Shown here piece after piece: positions 11,196 through 20,065 of a DNA stretch of 64,000 nucleotides (its first letter is position 1; every line of letters begins with the position of its first letter). The notes under the pieces are model-generated. The model worked only from the letters and a program-made list of their open reading frames with translations, was not told where the DNA came from and did no database searches. The translations under genes and the position numbers were made by a program. The stretch comes from a virus (Duplodnaviria > Caudoviricetes), in IMG/VR virus record IMGVR_UViG_3300035507_000332. One strand, 5' to 3'.

Positions 11196-12149
11196 ATGGC
11201 TACTCCTCAGAATCCAGACAATCCTATTAGTGAAGACGTTGGGCTATTACCTAGCGTTGATTACGGATACAGGTTGCTACCGTCAAACTTAGACGTTCAG
11301 TGGGCAAACGGCGTTCTTACATGCGCAGTTTTTGACAAAGCTTTTAGTATTTCCCCTCAAGGGTTAAACTCTCAGCGTCTTGTTATTAACCTAGAATTCG
11401 ATCTTCAGCTAGAAGAATGTGAGAAACTAATTCTTGCTCTAAAGAATAACAGAGTCAATTCCGTGATGACTCCTTCGTCATTCATCGACCCATCTGGAGT
11501 ACTGAAAGAGGTAGTTGTTTACGCAGATTCTTTTGAGCTAGGTAGATCTGTATACGGAAGGCAAACCATTAACATTACGTTTGTTACCGACACAGCGTCC
11601 TCGATTTTGAATTGGAAGACTTCTAATTTCGTGGATGTAGACATTATTTCTTCGACTTCTAGCTCAGAAAGCTTGGAGACGTTCGACATTGTGTACGCAG
11701 ACAAGACATTCTACTACATCCCAGAAGACGTATCAAAAGAAACGATCGAAGAAAAATACGAATCAGACATCATCAAAGCGGCGAAAGATGTAGGGTTAGT
11801 TTACTACCTGCCTATGGAGTTAAGGACGCCTGTTAATTTGTCTCTTCAGCCAGACTATTTCATGAATGACTACCAGAATTCTTACCCGATCCGAGCATGG
11901 AAAGGAGACTGGACATACGACTACCAGAACTTGCAGATATCTTGCGAGTCAGTACACACAAAACAGCTAAAGTGCATTCTTCACTTCCTAGAACATCTCT
12001 ACGGACACAAGAATTTTAGAATCTCTGATTTTATGGACGATGAACATTGGTGGAACTGCCAACAGTGGCAACATTCCTGGACTGTAGGAAATTACCACAA
12101 TCTACAACTTGTCATCAACCAGAACCACTTACCCAAGAATTTCAAGTAA
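11196..12149 (+). CDS. Minor tail protein, possibly lambda gpM/distal-tail-like
   Basis: Position in tail operon; C-terminal ILHFLEHLYGHKNF...WNCQQWQHSW resembles gpM-type pattern. Confidence 0.45.
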   Translation: MATPQNPDNPISEDVGLLPSVDYGYRLLPSNLDVQWANGVLTCAVFDKAFSISPQGLNSQRLVINLEFDLQLEECEKLILALKNNRVNSVMTPSSFIDPSGVLKEVVVYADSFELGRSVYGRQTINITFVTDTASSILNWKTSNFVDVDIISSTSSSESLETFDIVYADKTFYYIPEDVSKETIEEKYESDIIKAAKDVGLVYYLPMELRTPVNLSLQPDYFMNDYQNSYPIRAWKGDWTYDYQNLQISCESVHTKQLKCILHFLEHLYGHKNFRISDFMDDEHWWNCQQWQHSWTVGNYHNLQLVINQNHLPKNFK

Positions 12150-13282
12150 TGCGTTTTACAAAAAGAGACGACATCCTACTAGCGTGGGACAAAGGGGATG
12201 AAGACCTCAAAATTTTGTGGTACATCCCACTAATGCAATCAGCGAGCATAGACATATCTACAAACATCGCCTCACGCAGTTTGTCAGGGACATACCAAAA
12301 GCTCAACGACGTAGTTACAGGGCATTCCGTCAACGTATCGCTAGAAATGCTAGGGTCAGGAACGCTTATCAACGAAGAAATTCCGTTCCTCAACACACCC
12401 ACAAGCACAGAGACACAGCTCCTTAAAGACATCAACGAGCCACTCAACTTATTAGTCATCCTCAACGACACAGACGACGACGGAAGCGACTTGATAGAAG
12501 TTATTGAAAAAACCTACTCATCCTACTCCTGGGACGACGAAGAAGAAAAGGAAGAAGAAGGAGAGAAATTCGACCGACAAGTACTGAAAGTCTACCGATG
12601 CTTCATGAACTCCTACAGCTTCTCAGTAGAAGCAGGAGGCATTGCCACGCACAAGCTAGACCTCACAGGAGAAAACATAGACGGCAAGACACGCACAATT
12701 GGCTCAGCAGAAAACACCACCAACCTCAAACCTTCACAATTTGGTGTTGCTAAAGCCATGAAAATTTTCAGTGGAGATGTAGAATTCGACGAGCCAGTCA
12801 CAGACTTTTCCCTCGAAGTAAGCATCGACCGCAAAAAACGCTACACATTCCTATCAGGCGACGAAGAGCCAAGCAAAGACACAAACTACCGCTTATCCCC
12901 ACTTCTCAACGACGCCGAATCCTCAGCAATTTGCAACGTAAGTTTCTCAACAGTCTACATCGGCAAGAAAGAAGAATTCTCAACCGTCAAAGTACGAGAA
13001 ACAGCCTCAATGATGAAGAACTTCTCCTTACGCCTTTTTCAACCAGAATCAGGCGAGGAAGAATGGACCGACAAATACTTCCTCAACTTCTACAACGCCA
13101 TGCTAACCTCAGTATCCGTCAGCGAGACAATCGACGGACGATTAGGGGTCAACTACAAGTATAGCATAGAAATACCCACCAAGACAACTAGTGGCAAGGT
13201 GGGTATCACAACAAAAACGTCAAACACTTTCCAGGAACAAATGGAAGCTATTTCTTCTCAAGAAGAAACAGATACTCCGTAA
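12149..13282 (+). CDS. Tail tube protein paralog
   Basis: ATG in TAATG overlap; colinear similarity to major tail protein (QSASIDIS; FMNSYSFSVEAGGIATHKLDLTGEN; NAMLTSVSVSETID). Confidence 0.6.
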   Translation: MRFTKRDDILLAWDKGDEDLKILWYIPLMQSASIDISTNIASRSLSGTYQKLNDVVTGHSVNVSLEMLGSGTLINEEIPFLNTPTSTETQLLKDINEPLNLLVILNDTDDDGSDLIEVIEKTYSSYSWDDEEEKEEEGEKFDRQVLKVYRCFMNSYSFSVEAGGIATHKLDLTGENIDGKTRTIGSAENTTNLKPSQFGVAKAMKIFSGDVEFDEPVTDFSLEVSIDRKKRYTFLSGDEEPSKDTNYRLSPLLNDAESSAICNVSFSTVYIGKKEEFSTVKVRETASMMKNFSLRLFQPESGEEEWTDKYFLNFYNAMLTSVSVSETIDGRLGVNYKYSIEIPTKTTSGKVGITTKTSNTFQEQMEAISSQEETDTP

Positions 13283-14366
13283 CATAATTCTTGGACGCTT
13301 TTTTGTGCTTAGTATCGGGGAATCGCTTGTAGTACGTCTCAAGACAAGTGATTCTGCCAAGCTTCGCCAAGCCTTGGAGGAAATCGCTTTTGCTGATAAA
13401 GCCTTCGTTGTTGAACGATATAATGCAGAATTTCGCATTAAGCTCAGCCACAAGCTTAAAGAATTCCTCGTGGATATAGGCTCGCTTATTGAATTTAGAA
13501 CGATTCCAGTTTTTGGGAATACCAGTCGTTTTAGAGAATCCAGTATCAGGCAAAACACCGTCAACAAGGAGATTCAGCATAAAGTAATTACTACCGTAAG
13601 GATGCTGATTATAAGGAGGGTCAAGATAAGCAATGTCCACATTTCCCACTTCCTTAGCAGCTTCTCTAGCGTCGAGTTGAAGCACGTGTGAGTCGCACTC
13701 AAACTCAGACAAGAGGGGTAGGTTAAGCTGAATGGGGGACAGGATACGAGAGAGGGCATTAGACCCTCTACCACCGAACTTGCCGACTCCGTCGCTCTTG
13801 TAAAACGACTTAAACACTCCCGACGTATTAACCTTAATTGAAGCTTCGCTCAATAATGGGGCTAGAAGGAGGGTTTGGTGGTCTTGTGGTAAAGAGTTAA
13901 GGTAATAACGTGCGGAGTCCAGGAAGAGGGCATTCTGGGGCGTATAGAAGCATCTTTCTCCTCGTTGGATGTTTTCCATACTATCAGGGGCATAATTCTC
14001 AGAGATAAAACTATGGATCGGATTATTTTTTATCTTGTCGAGAACTTCGTCCCTAGAGCTTGTTAGAGCTTCCCAGTCAACCGAACTCTTATTGGTGAGA
14101 TAGCACTCATTGATAACCCTAGAATAAGCTTCGAGGTCATTAGCGTAAACGACATCGGAGAATCTCTTCAGGTATCGAGCGACAATCCCAGAGCCAGAGA
14201 AAACGTCAAAAGTAGACACTTTCTTCTTGCCCAGGGAATTCTTTGCAATCTCAATCCCCATACCGATGAAATCCAAGAGTTTTCTCTTGTTTCCAAGGTA
14301 GGTGATTAACTGTTCACGCAAGTATTCACCATTTTCGTCACTCTCACGTGGGGGAAATGTGAACAT
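13248..14366 (-). CDS. DNA adenine methyltransferase (D12/COG3392-like), orphan
   Basis: YLGNKRKLL, motif I DVFSGSGIVA, motif IV YLDPPYN; no adjacent restriction endonuclease. Confidence 0.92.
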   Translation of the reverse strand: MFTFPPRESDENGEYLREQLITYLGNKRKLLDFIGMGIEIAKNSLGKKKVSTFDVFSGSGIVARYLKRFSDVVYANDLEAYSRVINECYLTNKSSVDWEALTSSRDEVLDKIKNNPIHSFISENYAPDSMENIQRGERCFYTPQNALFLDSARYYLNSLPQDHQTLLLAPLLSEASIKVNTSGVFKSFYKSDGVGKFGGRGSNALSRILSPIQLNLPLLSEFECDSHVLQLDAREAAKEVGNVDIAYLDPPYNQHPYGSNYFMLNLLVDGVLPDTGFSKTTGIPKNWNRSKFNKRAYIHEEFFKLVAELNAKFCIISFNNEGFISKSDFLQGLAKLGRITCLETYYKRFPDTKHKKASKNYVTEYLFLLEKK

Positions 14367-14372
14367 ATGCTG

Positions 14373-14726
14373 TTAAGGTTTTTTCTTAAAGTTACGACGC
14401 TTCTCAAAGGATTTTTTGCGTTCCTTGTTGTAGCGAGCTTTTACAGGGTCTACTCCGCCATTTTGCGCAGCTCTCTTCTCAGAGAGTTCTTTGCTACGCT
14501 CGATGGTTTCGCCGATAGTCTCGTTAGGGGTGGAGTATTGAGCTAGTTTATCGACGTTGTAGATATCCAGTGGTACGCTAGAAGTCTTACAGTTGACAAC
14601 CGAAGGAATTCTAGTAACCCACTCACCGTTGACAATTAGGCAGTCGCCTATCCGAGGAGCTGACTTCATTTCAAAGAACAGCTCAACGATTTCGCCGTTT
14701 TCCTTAGAGAATTGGTATAATGGCAT
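14373..14726 (-). CDS. Hypothetical protein, FmdB-like N-terminus lacking Zn-ribbon cysteines
   Basis: MPLYQF...E.FFEM start. Confidence 0.4.
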   Translation of the reverse strand: MPLYQFSKENGEIVELFFEMKSAPRIGDCLIVNGEWVTRIPSVVNCKTSSVPLDIYNVDKLAQYSTPNETIGETIERSKELSEKRAAQNGGVDPVKARYNKERKKSFEKRRNFKKKP

Positions 14727-14729
14727 AAC

Positions 14730-15092
14730 CTAAAATTTGATGGCAATATGTAATTCACTATCTTGAAGGTAGGCAGCAACCTTCTCAGGGTGAATTGTAT
14801 ATCCGACATCTACCTTAACTGGGTCGAGTTTGCATGAAGCAACAGAAAAGTCAATCTTAAAGTATCCCTTTTCGCTAATTTTTAAGGCAATATCTTTAGC
14901 AGGGATTTGTCCTACAAAGAAGGTAAAGCTTTCAATACCTCCTATGTGTTGATGCTTAAGCTGTTCGCCGATGCGAACTATTTCACCAGTCGCATACATC
15001 ATACGACTAGGCTTTTCGACAATAGAGATTTCCGTCATGAATATATAGGATGGTAAGCAGTTGATACTTCCACGAAAACGAAAGGTTTGCAT
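14730..15092 (-). CDS. Hypothetical protein
   Basis: ORF packed in minus-strand operon. Confidence 0.6.
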   Translation of the reverse strand: MQTFRFRGSINCLPSYIFMTEISIVEKPSRMMYATGEIVRIGEQLKHQHIGGIESFTFFVGQIPAKDIALKISEKGYFKIDFSVASCKLDPVKVDVGYTIHPEKVAAYLQDSELHIAIKF

Positions 15093-15430
15093 AAATAAGC
15101 ACCTACCCAGCGTCGGGAAAGTTTCTTGCTCGTATTGATGACGGTCTCTGAGCCTTTTTCATTGGAAATTCGCAAGTGACGAACAGGCGAGAAATTCCAT
15201 TGCGTGCGGAATTCTTTTTCAACCCACACATTTTCAGAGTCGCCAACGTAGATCGCAAAAAACTCACCGCTCCAGTAATTCATCGAAGAGGCGTCATAGT
15301 CTTTACGCAGGACAACGTCCCCGAACTTAACGTCTTTAGTGAGAGAATTTTGGGCGAGGGTGAATAACTCATCAATGTATTTTACATCGAAGACCTTCTT
15401 TTCTGATAAAAAAACACGGTAGAACGCCAT
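15035..15430 (-). CDS. Hypothetical protein
   Basis: ATG at 15430, just downstream of the ssb terminator. Confidence 0.55.
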   Translation of the reverse strand: MAFYRVFLSEKKVFDVKYIDELFTLAQNSLTKDVKFGDVVLRKDYDASSMNYWSGEFFAIYVGDSENVWVEKEFRTQWNFSPVRHLRISNEKGSETVINTSKKLSRRWVGAYLCKPFVFVEVSTAYHPIYS

Positions 15431-15447
15431 GATAGTGCATAGTACAA

Positions 15448-15484
15448 CAAAAGCCCCACCTTTGTGAAGAACAAAAGTGAGGCT
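15448..15484 (-). terminator. Intrinsic terminator after ssb
   Basis: Minus-strand stem AGCCTCACTTTTG/CAAAGGTGGGGCT followed by TTTGTTG. Confidence 0.6.
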
Positions 15485-15511
15485 CAATGATGTCACTACC
15501 GAAGAAGTTGT

Positions 15512-16153
15512 TTAGAATGGGGGCGCATCTTCTTCAACAGGAGCTTGATATCCGTTTTGAGCGGTAGCGTAATGTTGGGGTTGTTGCTGAGGTTGCTGAT
15601 TATTGCGGTAGTAACCGTCCTGAGAAGGGCGAGGACCACCAGGCACCAAATTAGGCGTCAAATGATTGCCATATTGAGGTGCTTGCTGTTGCTGTTGGAA
15701 AGCAGGAGCAGGTTGTTGTTGGGATTGTTGAGGTTGGAACTGTTGTCCACCTTGAGCTTGCTGTTGAGGAGCTTCGCCACCATTGTTATCTTGTTGGTTA
15801 AGGCGACGACCACAGAAGCAAACATCGTCAGCAATGATGCGCCAGTTGGAAATTTTATTACCTTCCTTGTTGACGTATTCGTCGTATTCAAGAGAGCCAT
15901 TGATAAGGATGGTATCACCCTTAGAGAAATACTTGGATACGAACTCAGCAATCTTGCCGAAAACAGATACGTCCATAAACCCACCATTGGTAGGATTATT
16001 TGGGCGAGTACGACGGTTTTCAACAAAAACACGGAGACGTCCGAAGGCGTTACCGCTTTGAGATGCACGGAGAGTCAATGGCTCGACAACTCGTGCCTGT
16101 AGGGCTACAACGTTAAATGATGCCATATGGTTTAAGTTCAGAACTGCCGACAT
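15512..16153 (-). CDS. ssb: Single-stranded DNA-binding protein
   Basis: OB-fold pattern (FNVVAL, FMDVSVFGKIAE, KGDTILINGSL), Q/P-rich linker, acidic EEDAPPF tail. Confidence 0.93.
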   Translation of the reverse strand: MSAVLNLNHMASFNVVALQARVVEPLTLRASQSGNAFGRLRVFVENRRTRPNNPTNGGFMDVSVFGKIAEFVSKYFSKGDTILINGSLEYDEYVNKEGNKISNWRIIADDVCFCGRRLNQQDNNGGEAPQQQAQGGQQFQPQQSQQQPAPAFQQQQQAPQYGNHLTPNLVPGGPRPSQDGYYRNNQQPQQQPQHYATAQNGYQAPVEEDAPPF

Positions 16154-16160
16154 TATAGCC

Positions 16161-16775
16161 TTATTCGCTCATTCCGTCAAGAATGAAATGTCGGAGGTCT
16201 TTGTTGTGTTCGATAAATTCGCTTGTAATTTTCACAAGGAATTCTTTATGCGAGCCAGCGGTCAACCATTCCAAATGCCAGTCGGCACGGTTTTTTAACA
16301 CAGTGTTGTTTAGTTCTTCACAGGAATTAGCAGGTGGAATAATTGTTCCAAAGCAATCATATCGAGTGATATACAACAACTTGGCGTCGTATAAAGGGCT
16401 ATCGAGGAAAAAGTTTAGTTCGTTCTCAAAGCGACAGTCGCAAATCACATTGAGAGGGTTGTCCTTGTGCAAAGAAGCGGCATGAAGAATTGACGAAGAA
16501 ACTTTATCCACCCATACGTTAGAATTGATAGCACGTGCAAGATTAGCATACGCCACCATTACTGGGCGGAATCCTTCTTTCTCAACAGGAGTGAGATCGA
16601 CAATCTTTTTATGAAAAAGCTCTTCGCAGGGTTCGTCGAGACATTCCTTCACCTTATCGGCAAAGCCGTATCTCTTAACGTGCAAATCTCCATAAATCTT
16701 TTTGAGGCAAGAAAAAAACGTATCCTTGCCAGAAGTTGCGTTACCTGCAATCAATAAAACTCTTTGCTTTTTCAT
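16161..16775 (-). CDS. Deoxynucleoside monophosphate kinase
   Basis: P-loop AGNATSGKDT, FADKVKE, VWVD, ICDCRFENE. Confidence 0.8.
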   Translation of the reverse strand: MKKQRVLLIAGNATSGKDTFFSCLKKIYGDLHVKRYGFADKVKECLDEPCEELFHKKIVDLTPVEKEGFRPVMVAYANLARAINSNVWVDKVSSSILHAASLHKDNPLNVICDCRFENELNFFLDSPLYDAKLLYITRYDCFGTIIPPANSCEELNNTVLKNRADWHLEWLTAGSHKEFLVKITSEFIEHNKDLRHFILDGMSE

Positions 16776-16787
16776 GTGGGCTAGTAA

Positions 16788-17210
16788 TTACACATCAGAG
16801 AGAATTCCAGAGATGACTTCTTCACCAAGATGTGCAGACGTGTAGTCGGAATCAGAGAATTCCGTTTTTAATATTTCGCCTGTTGTATACACCCACTCAA
16901 AATCTTCAAGCGCAAAGTATAAAGTGGCTATACTTTTATCAATCTTGATAAGAGCTATATCCAAAGCTTCGGGGTTATGCACAAAGACTTTACGCAAAGC
17001 TTCGATAACCTTTTGCTCAGAATTGGCTCTCGTAACAACAGTGATTGCACCTACCCAACACCAACGCCAGTCGTTTTGGAATCTTTCAGGCAATTGGTGT
17101 TGCTCAAAGATGCGGACAACTCCTTCTTTGGTGTCCCTCTCGTTGTGGCAGATAGTAAAGTTCGAGAAAGGAATCTGCCTAGCTACTTGCAAAAAACGTT
17201 CGTACTTCAA
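16788..17210 (-). CDS. Hypothetical protein
   Basis: ORF in operon. Confidence 0.55.
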   Translation of the reverse strand: MKYERFLQVARQIPFSNFTICHNERDTKEGVVRIFEQHQLPERFQNDWRWCWVGAITVVTRANSEQKVIEALRKVFVHNPEALDIALIKIDKSIATLYFALEDFEWVYTTGEILKTEFSDSDYTSAHLGEEVISGILSDV

Positions 17211-18052
17211 AAGTCAAAAGTAAGGTCTTGGAAAGGAGAATCTGCTTTTTGCAGGATCGGGAGAATTTCCGCCTTGTATACATCAAGGATATCTGTTCCT
17301 TCGAGCGAGCAAATTTCACTTTCATTGAATTCTCTGACTACACCACCTGAACGGAATTCACTCATGAAATGAAAGCAAGAAGGTTCTGCTTGAGCGAGGT
17401 TAGGAACTTGCGTGCAATATCGGTCACACATTTCGCCGTCGATTTCTACAGTATCAACAACAAAATCTCCCTCACCTTCGTAGAATCTATCTTGGTAAAA
17501 CTTAGGCAAAGTAATTGGGCGACGAATCCAACCACCACGACCAAGTTTTCCGATAAGTGGCACAGGATGGTAAATCAAAAACTTATTTCTGTAGACCAAG
17601 GTATTGTAGGCGCAGTAACTACCTTGCAGATATCCTTTCTCGACAATGGCGTCAAAGTGAGAGCCAAAGACATCCGCAATATAAACCAAGTCACCATCGA
17701 TTTTACAGGCAAGAACGTCATCTAACTTGCTTTCCGTGATGAAGTCCCTAATTGCGTCTACAGCAAAGGTGTTATAGGTCGATAAGTAGTTTTCTTCAGG
17801 AGACGTCCTTAAGTCTTCAAGAGAGTGGGAAGCGTCAACATGGTAAGGGTATTCATTAAAGACTAATTCCATGCCATAGTCTTTCTTGAATGTGTCTTGC
17901 CAGTCCTTAAGGTAATTGATGCTATTGTCTGTTTGATCGACCTTAGAGTAGGTAACAAACAAGTAGTCCAGTACAGGAGCAACAGACAAAGCACAAGCTA
18001 CAGCTGTTTTCTCCTCATTACAGAGGCGAAGGCATCCGATTTTAGTTGTCAT
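17207..18052 (-). CDS. CgtA-like (GT82/PF06306-type) GT-A glycosyltransferase
   Basis: CLRLCNEE, DQTDNS, YPYHV, ENYLSTYNTF, KIDGD follow the recalled CgtA pattern (IRVKNE, DCTDGS, YPY, NKLYSYYNY, KIDVD). Confidence 0.65.
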   Translation of the reverse strand: MTTKIGCLRLCNEEKTAVACALSVAPVLDYLFVTYSKVDQTDNSINYLKDWQDTFKKDYGMELVFNEYPYHVDASHSLEDLRTSPEENYLSTYNTFAVDAIRDFITESKLDDVLACKIDGDLVYIADVFGSHFDAIVEKGYLQGSYCAYNTLVYRNKFLIYHPVPLIGKLGRGGWIRRPITLPKFYQDRFYEGEGDFVVDTVEIDGEMCDRYCTQVPNLAQAEPSCFHFMSEFRSGGVVREFNESEICSLEGTDILDVYKAEILPILQKADSPFQDLTFDF

Positions 18053-18561
18053 TTCAAAAGCAGGTGTTGGCACATATCAAGAAAGCCATTTTGTTCCCCG
18101 AAGAATTCAATGTACTTATCAGCTGTCAAAGCATTGAGGTAGGTAAGAATTCCAGTGCCTTCAAAAAAGTCCTTAGGCAAGGAATTTTGAACAAGAGGCT
18201 CAAGCTCGGTAAAACCTTCTTTTTCGATAAGTCGCTCAGCTCGTGATTTGAGCATAGAAGGGTATTCTTCCTCGGCGTAGTAGATAGTTTTGCGGTTTTC
18301 TGTATCCCACTTCTTCCACATTGCCGAAGGATAGAACGTCGAATTTCCACGCTTAAAGCTATAGTCAAGAGTTACTATTGCAGGGAAACTCTTTCTATCT
18401 GCAAGACCCTTTTTGCTATCTTGAAACTCGACTACTCGAAGGAAGCAAAGAGCATAAGCTATTTGTCCAGCAACAAGGTCATTTCTCTTTTCAAGACTCT
18501 TGAGAATTTCTTCCCTTAAGTCTGTGGCAAGTAGTTCGATTTGCTCCTCTTGTTCTATCAT
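18049..18561 (-). CDS. Hypothetical protein
   Basis: ORF in operon. Confidence 0.6.
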   Translation of the reverse strand: MIEQEEQIELLATDLREEILKSLEKRNDLVAGQIAYALCFLRVVEFQDSKKGLADRKSFPAIVTLDYSFKRGNSTFYPSAMWKKWDTENRKTIYYAEEEYPSMLKSRAERLIEKEGFTELEPLVQNSLPKDFFEGTGILTYLNALTADKYIEFFGEQNGFLDMCQHLLLK

Positions 18562-18577
18562 GGCTTTCTGGGGTTAG

Positions 18578-19102
18578 TTATTTCCCAGTAGAGCCGAATC
18601 CTCCAGACCCACGAGTTGTTTCTTCTAAGGTCTCGGAGAATGATACTTCTACTGGAATTCTCTTAGCAAAGATGATTTGCCCGATCTTATCGCCCTTCTG
18701 GTAGATCTTCTTCATATTTGGCACGATGTAAAGTCGTCCGTCAATGATTCTGTAATCTGAAGGCGCAGGTAAGTAGTTAAAGCGAAGACAAATCTCTCCT
18801 CGATAACCATTATCAATTACACCGACAGAGTTGCAAAGCTGTAGTCTATACTTGCTCACTGATGAACGTGGATATGCTAGTGCAAACACGTCCTTATCTT
18901 CTGGTTGCATGTATATGCCTGTGTGGTACTCGATGTAGTCAATTGCCATGTATGCTTCGCAATTGAGCGTCGGTAAGTAAATAGAATCGCCCTTAATGGT
19001 TGGTTCAAGAATTGCAGTTACATCAAACCCTGCATCTTCTGAATGTGCCGTAGAGAATTCTACTTTACCTGTTTGCAAGAGTGTTACCTTGGTTGATTGC
19101 AT
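18578..19102 (-). CDS. dut: Trimeric dUTPase
   Basis: AGFD, PRSS, GVIDNGYRGEI, GDKIGQ, RGSGGFGSTG motifs. Confidence 0.95.
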   Translation of the reverse strand: MQSTKVTLLQTGKVEFSTAHSEDAGFDVTAILEPTIKGDSIYLPTLNCEAYMAIDYIEYHTGIYMQPEDKDVFALAYPRSSVSKYRLQLCNSVGVIDNGYRGEICLRFNYLPAPSDYRIIDGRLYIVPNMKKIYQKGDKIGQIIFAKRIPVEVSFSETLEETTRGSGGFGSTGK

Positions 19103-19109
19103 TAAGAGT

Positions 19110-19137
19110 AGGGTATCAGGTGGAATTCTATAGTCAA
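19110..19137 (-). promoter_or_regulatory. Sigma70-type promoter of dut operon (near-leaderless)
   Basis: TTGACT-16nt-TACCCT, 7 nt before ATG; -35 flanked by inverted repeat GGTGGAATTC/GAATTCTACC. Confidence 0.5.
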
Positions 19138-19370
19138 GGAATTCTACCTCAATGCCTTTTAGGCATACCTCTCCTTAAGAACATAACTTGGTTGGGTTGA
19201 TGCAATGGTTGCCCTAATGCAAGCACAGTTGTTCACCCAGCCTATTGCTCCTCGTCACTCATCGAACATAGTCCGATGAGATGCCAAGGACCCTACATGC
19301 AGTAACGATTTAAATTTGTTTTTAAAAGAATTTAAAGGACAAAAAGGAACGCAGGAAGAAAGCTCCGAGC

Positions 19371-19533
19371 AGCTAGACGCTTGCTATAGGCAGGGGTAGC
19401 ATCTAAGGCTTAGGCTGAAACTGTATGCCTTAGCTAGGGTAGCGTCTAAGGCCTATAGCAGCTAGAGGTAAGCTATAGCTAAGGCTAGCGTCTAAAGCTT
19501 TAGCTATATATGGTAGCTATAAGTACCTCTAGC
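19371..19533. repeat. Iteron-like repeats and palindromes
   Basis: TAGC(G/A)TCTAA(G/A)G at 19397, 19440, 19486, inverted partial copy at 19374; GCTAGAGGTA/TACCTCTAGC inverted pair 19461-19533; AT-rich tract at about 19308-19336. Confidence 0.7.
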
Positions 19534-19549
19534 ATAGAAGGTATACCGA

Positions 19550-19942
19550 TGAGGTGGCCGCCGGTAACAGAGCCTTGAGCAGGTAGACTTACACCCCCCT
19601 TCGGGAAAGGGAGGCGTAAGTTGAAGCTCAATTGAGGTTTTCGCCGTATAACGGTCGCTCTCACAGTCTAGAACTAAACAGGAGGAGTATCTTCATTTCT
19701 GGTTGCGGTCACTCTGTAAACCAGTCAGCTTTCGGCTGTTCCTCCTGCTACACCACATTTTTCAATGTCAGTGGCGGGGTGTCCCCATCCAGAATCACAG
19801 TAGATTTCCGTGCAGGGATTTGAATCGCTTTGTTTTTTCTACAGAATCGCCGCAATCGGAGTTTCCTTGCCGTACTGCTTGTCTATTCTGCCCTCTGCCA
19901 TATAGGAAGAGCCGAGGGTACGCTGTCAATCACGTATCTACG
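19550..19942 (-). ncRNA. Putative structured non-coding RNA (~400 nt), unassigned family
   Basis: Dedicated promoter, no credible ORF, nested stems with G-U pairs only on the minus strand (19587-19621 hairpin; 19679-19747 multibranch); ends approximate. Confidence 0.55.
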
Positions 19943-19946
19943 AGTG

Positions 19947-19975
19947 ATGTTACACAAAAACTGCGCAAGAGTCAA
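19947..19975 (-). promoter_or_regulatory. Sigma70-type promoter firing into the non-coding region
   Basis: TTGACT-17nt-TAACAT with extended -10 TG; overlaps a GTGTAA motif. Confidence 0.65.
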
Positions 19976-20026
19976 CAAAAAGTAAAAATTTTTTCTTCAA
20001 CTCATAAACAAGACCATGAATAAACG

Positions 20027-20055
20027 TTGACTTTAGGCGCATTATGGGTTAAAAA
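20027..20055 (+). promoter_or_regulatory. Putative promoter of replication operon
   Basis: TTGACT-17nt-TAAAAA, ATG at 20066. Confidence 0.45.
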
Positions 20056-20065
20056 AGCACTTGCC

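Noticed and set aside
13248-14366. Complete restriction-modification system
   Set aside because: No cognate endonuclease adjacent; orphan protective MTase more likely
15545-16102. 185-aa Leu-rich plus-strand ORF
   Set aside because: Antisense to the Gln-rich ssb linker
19371-19533. Possible mini-CRISPR array
   Set aside because: Repeats only about 12 bp, imperfect, and the spacers are themselves repetitive; no cas operon
19632-20023. Short ORFs in the divergence region
   Set aside because: TTG starts, atypical composition, antisense to the structured RNA and its promoter
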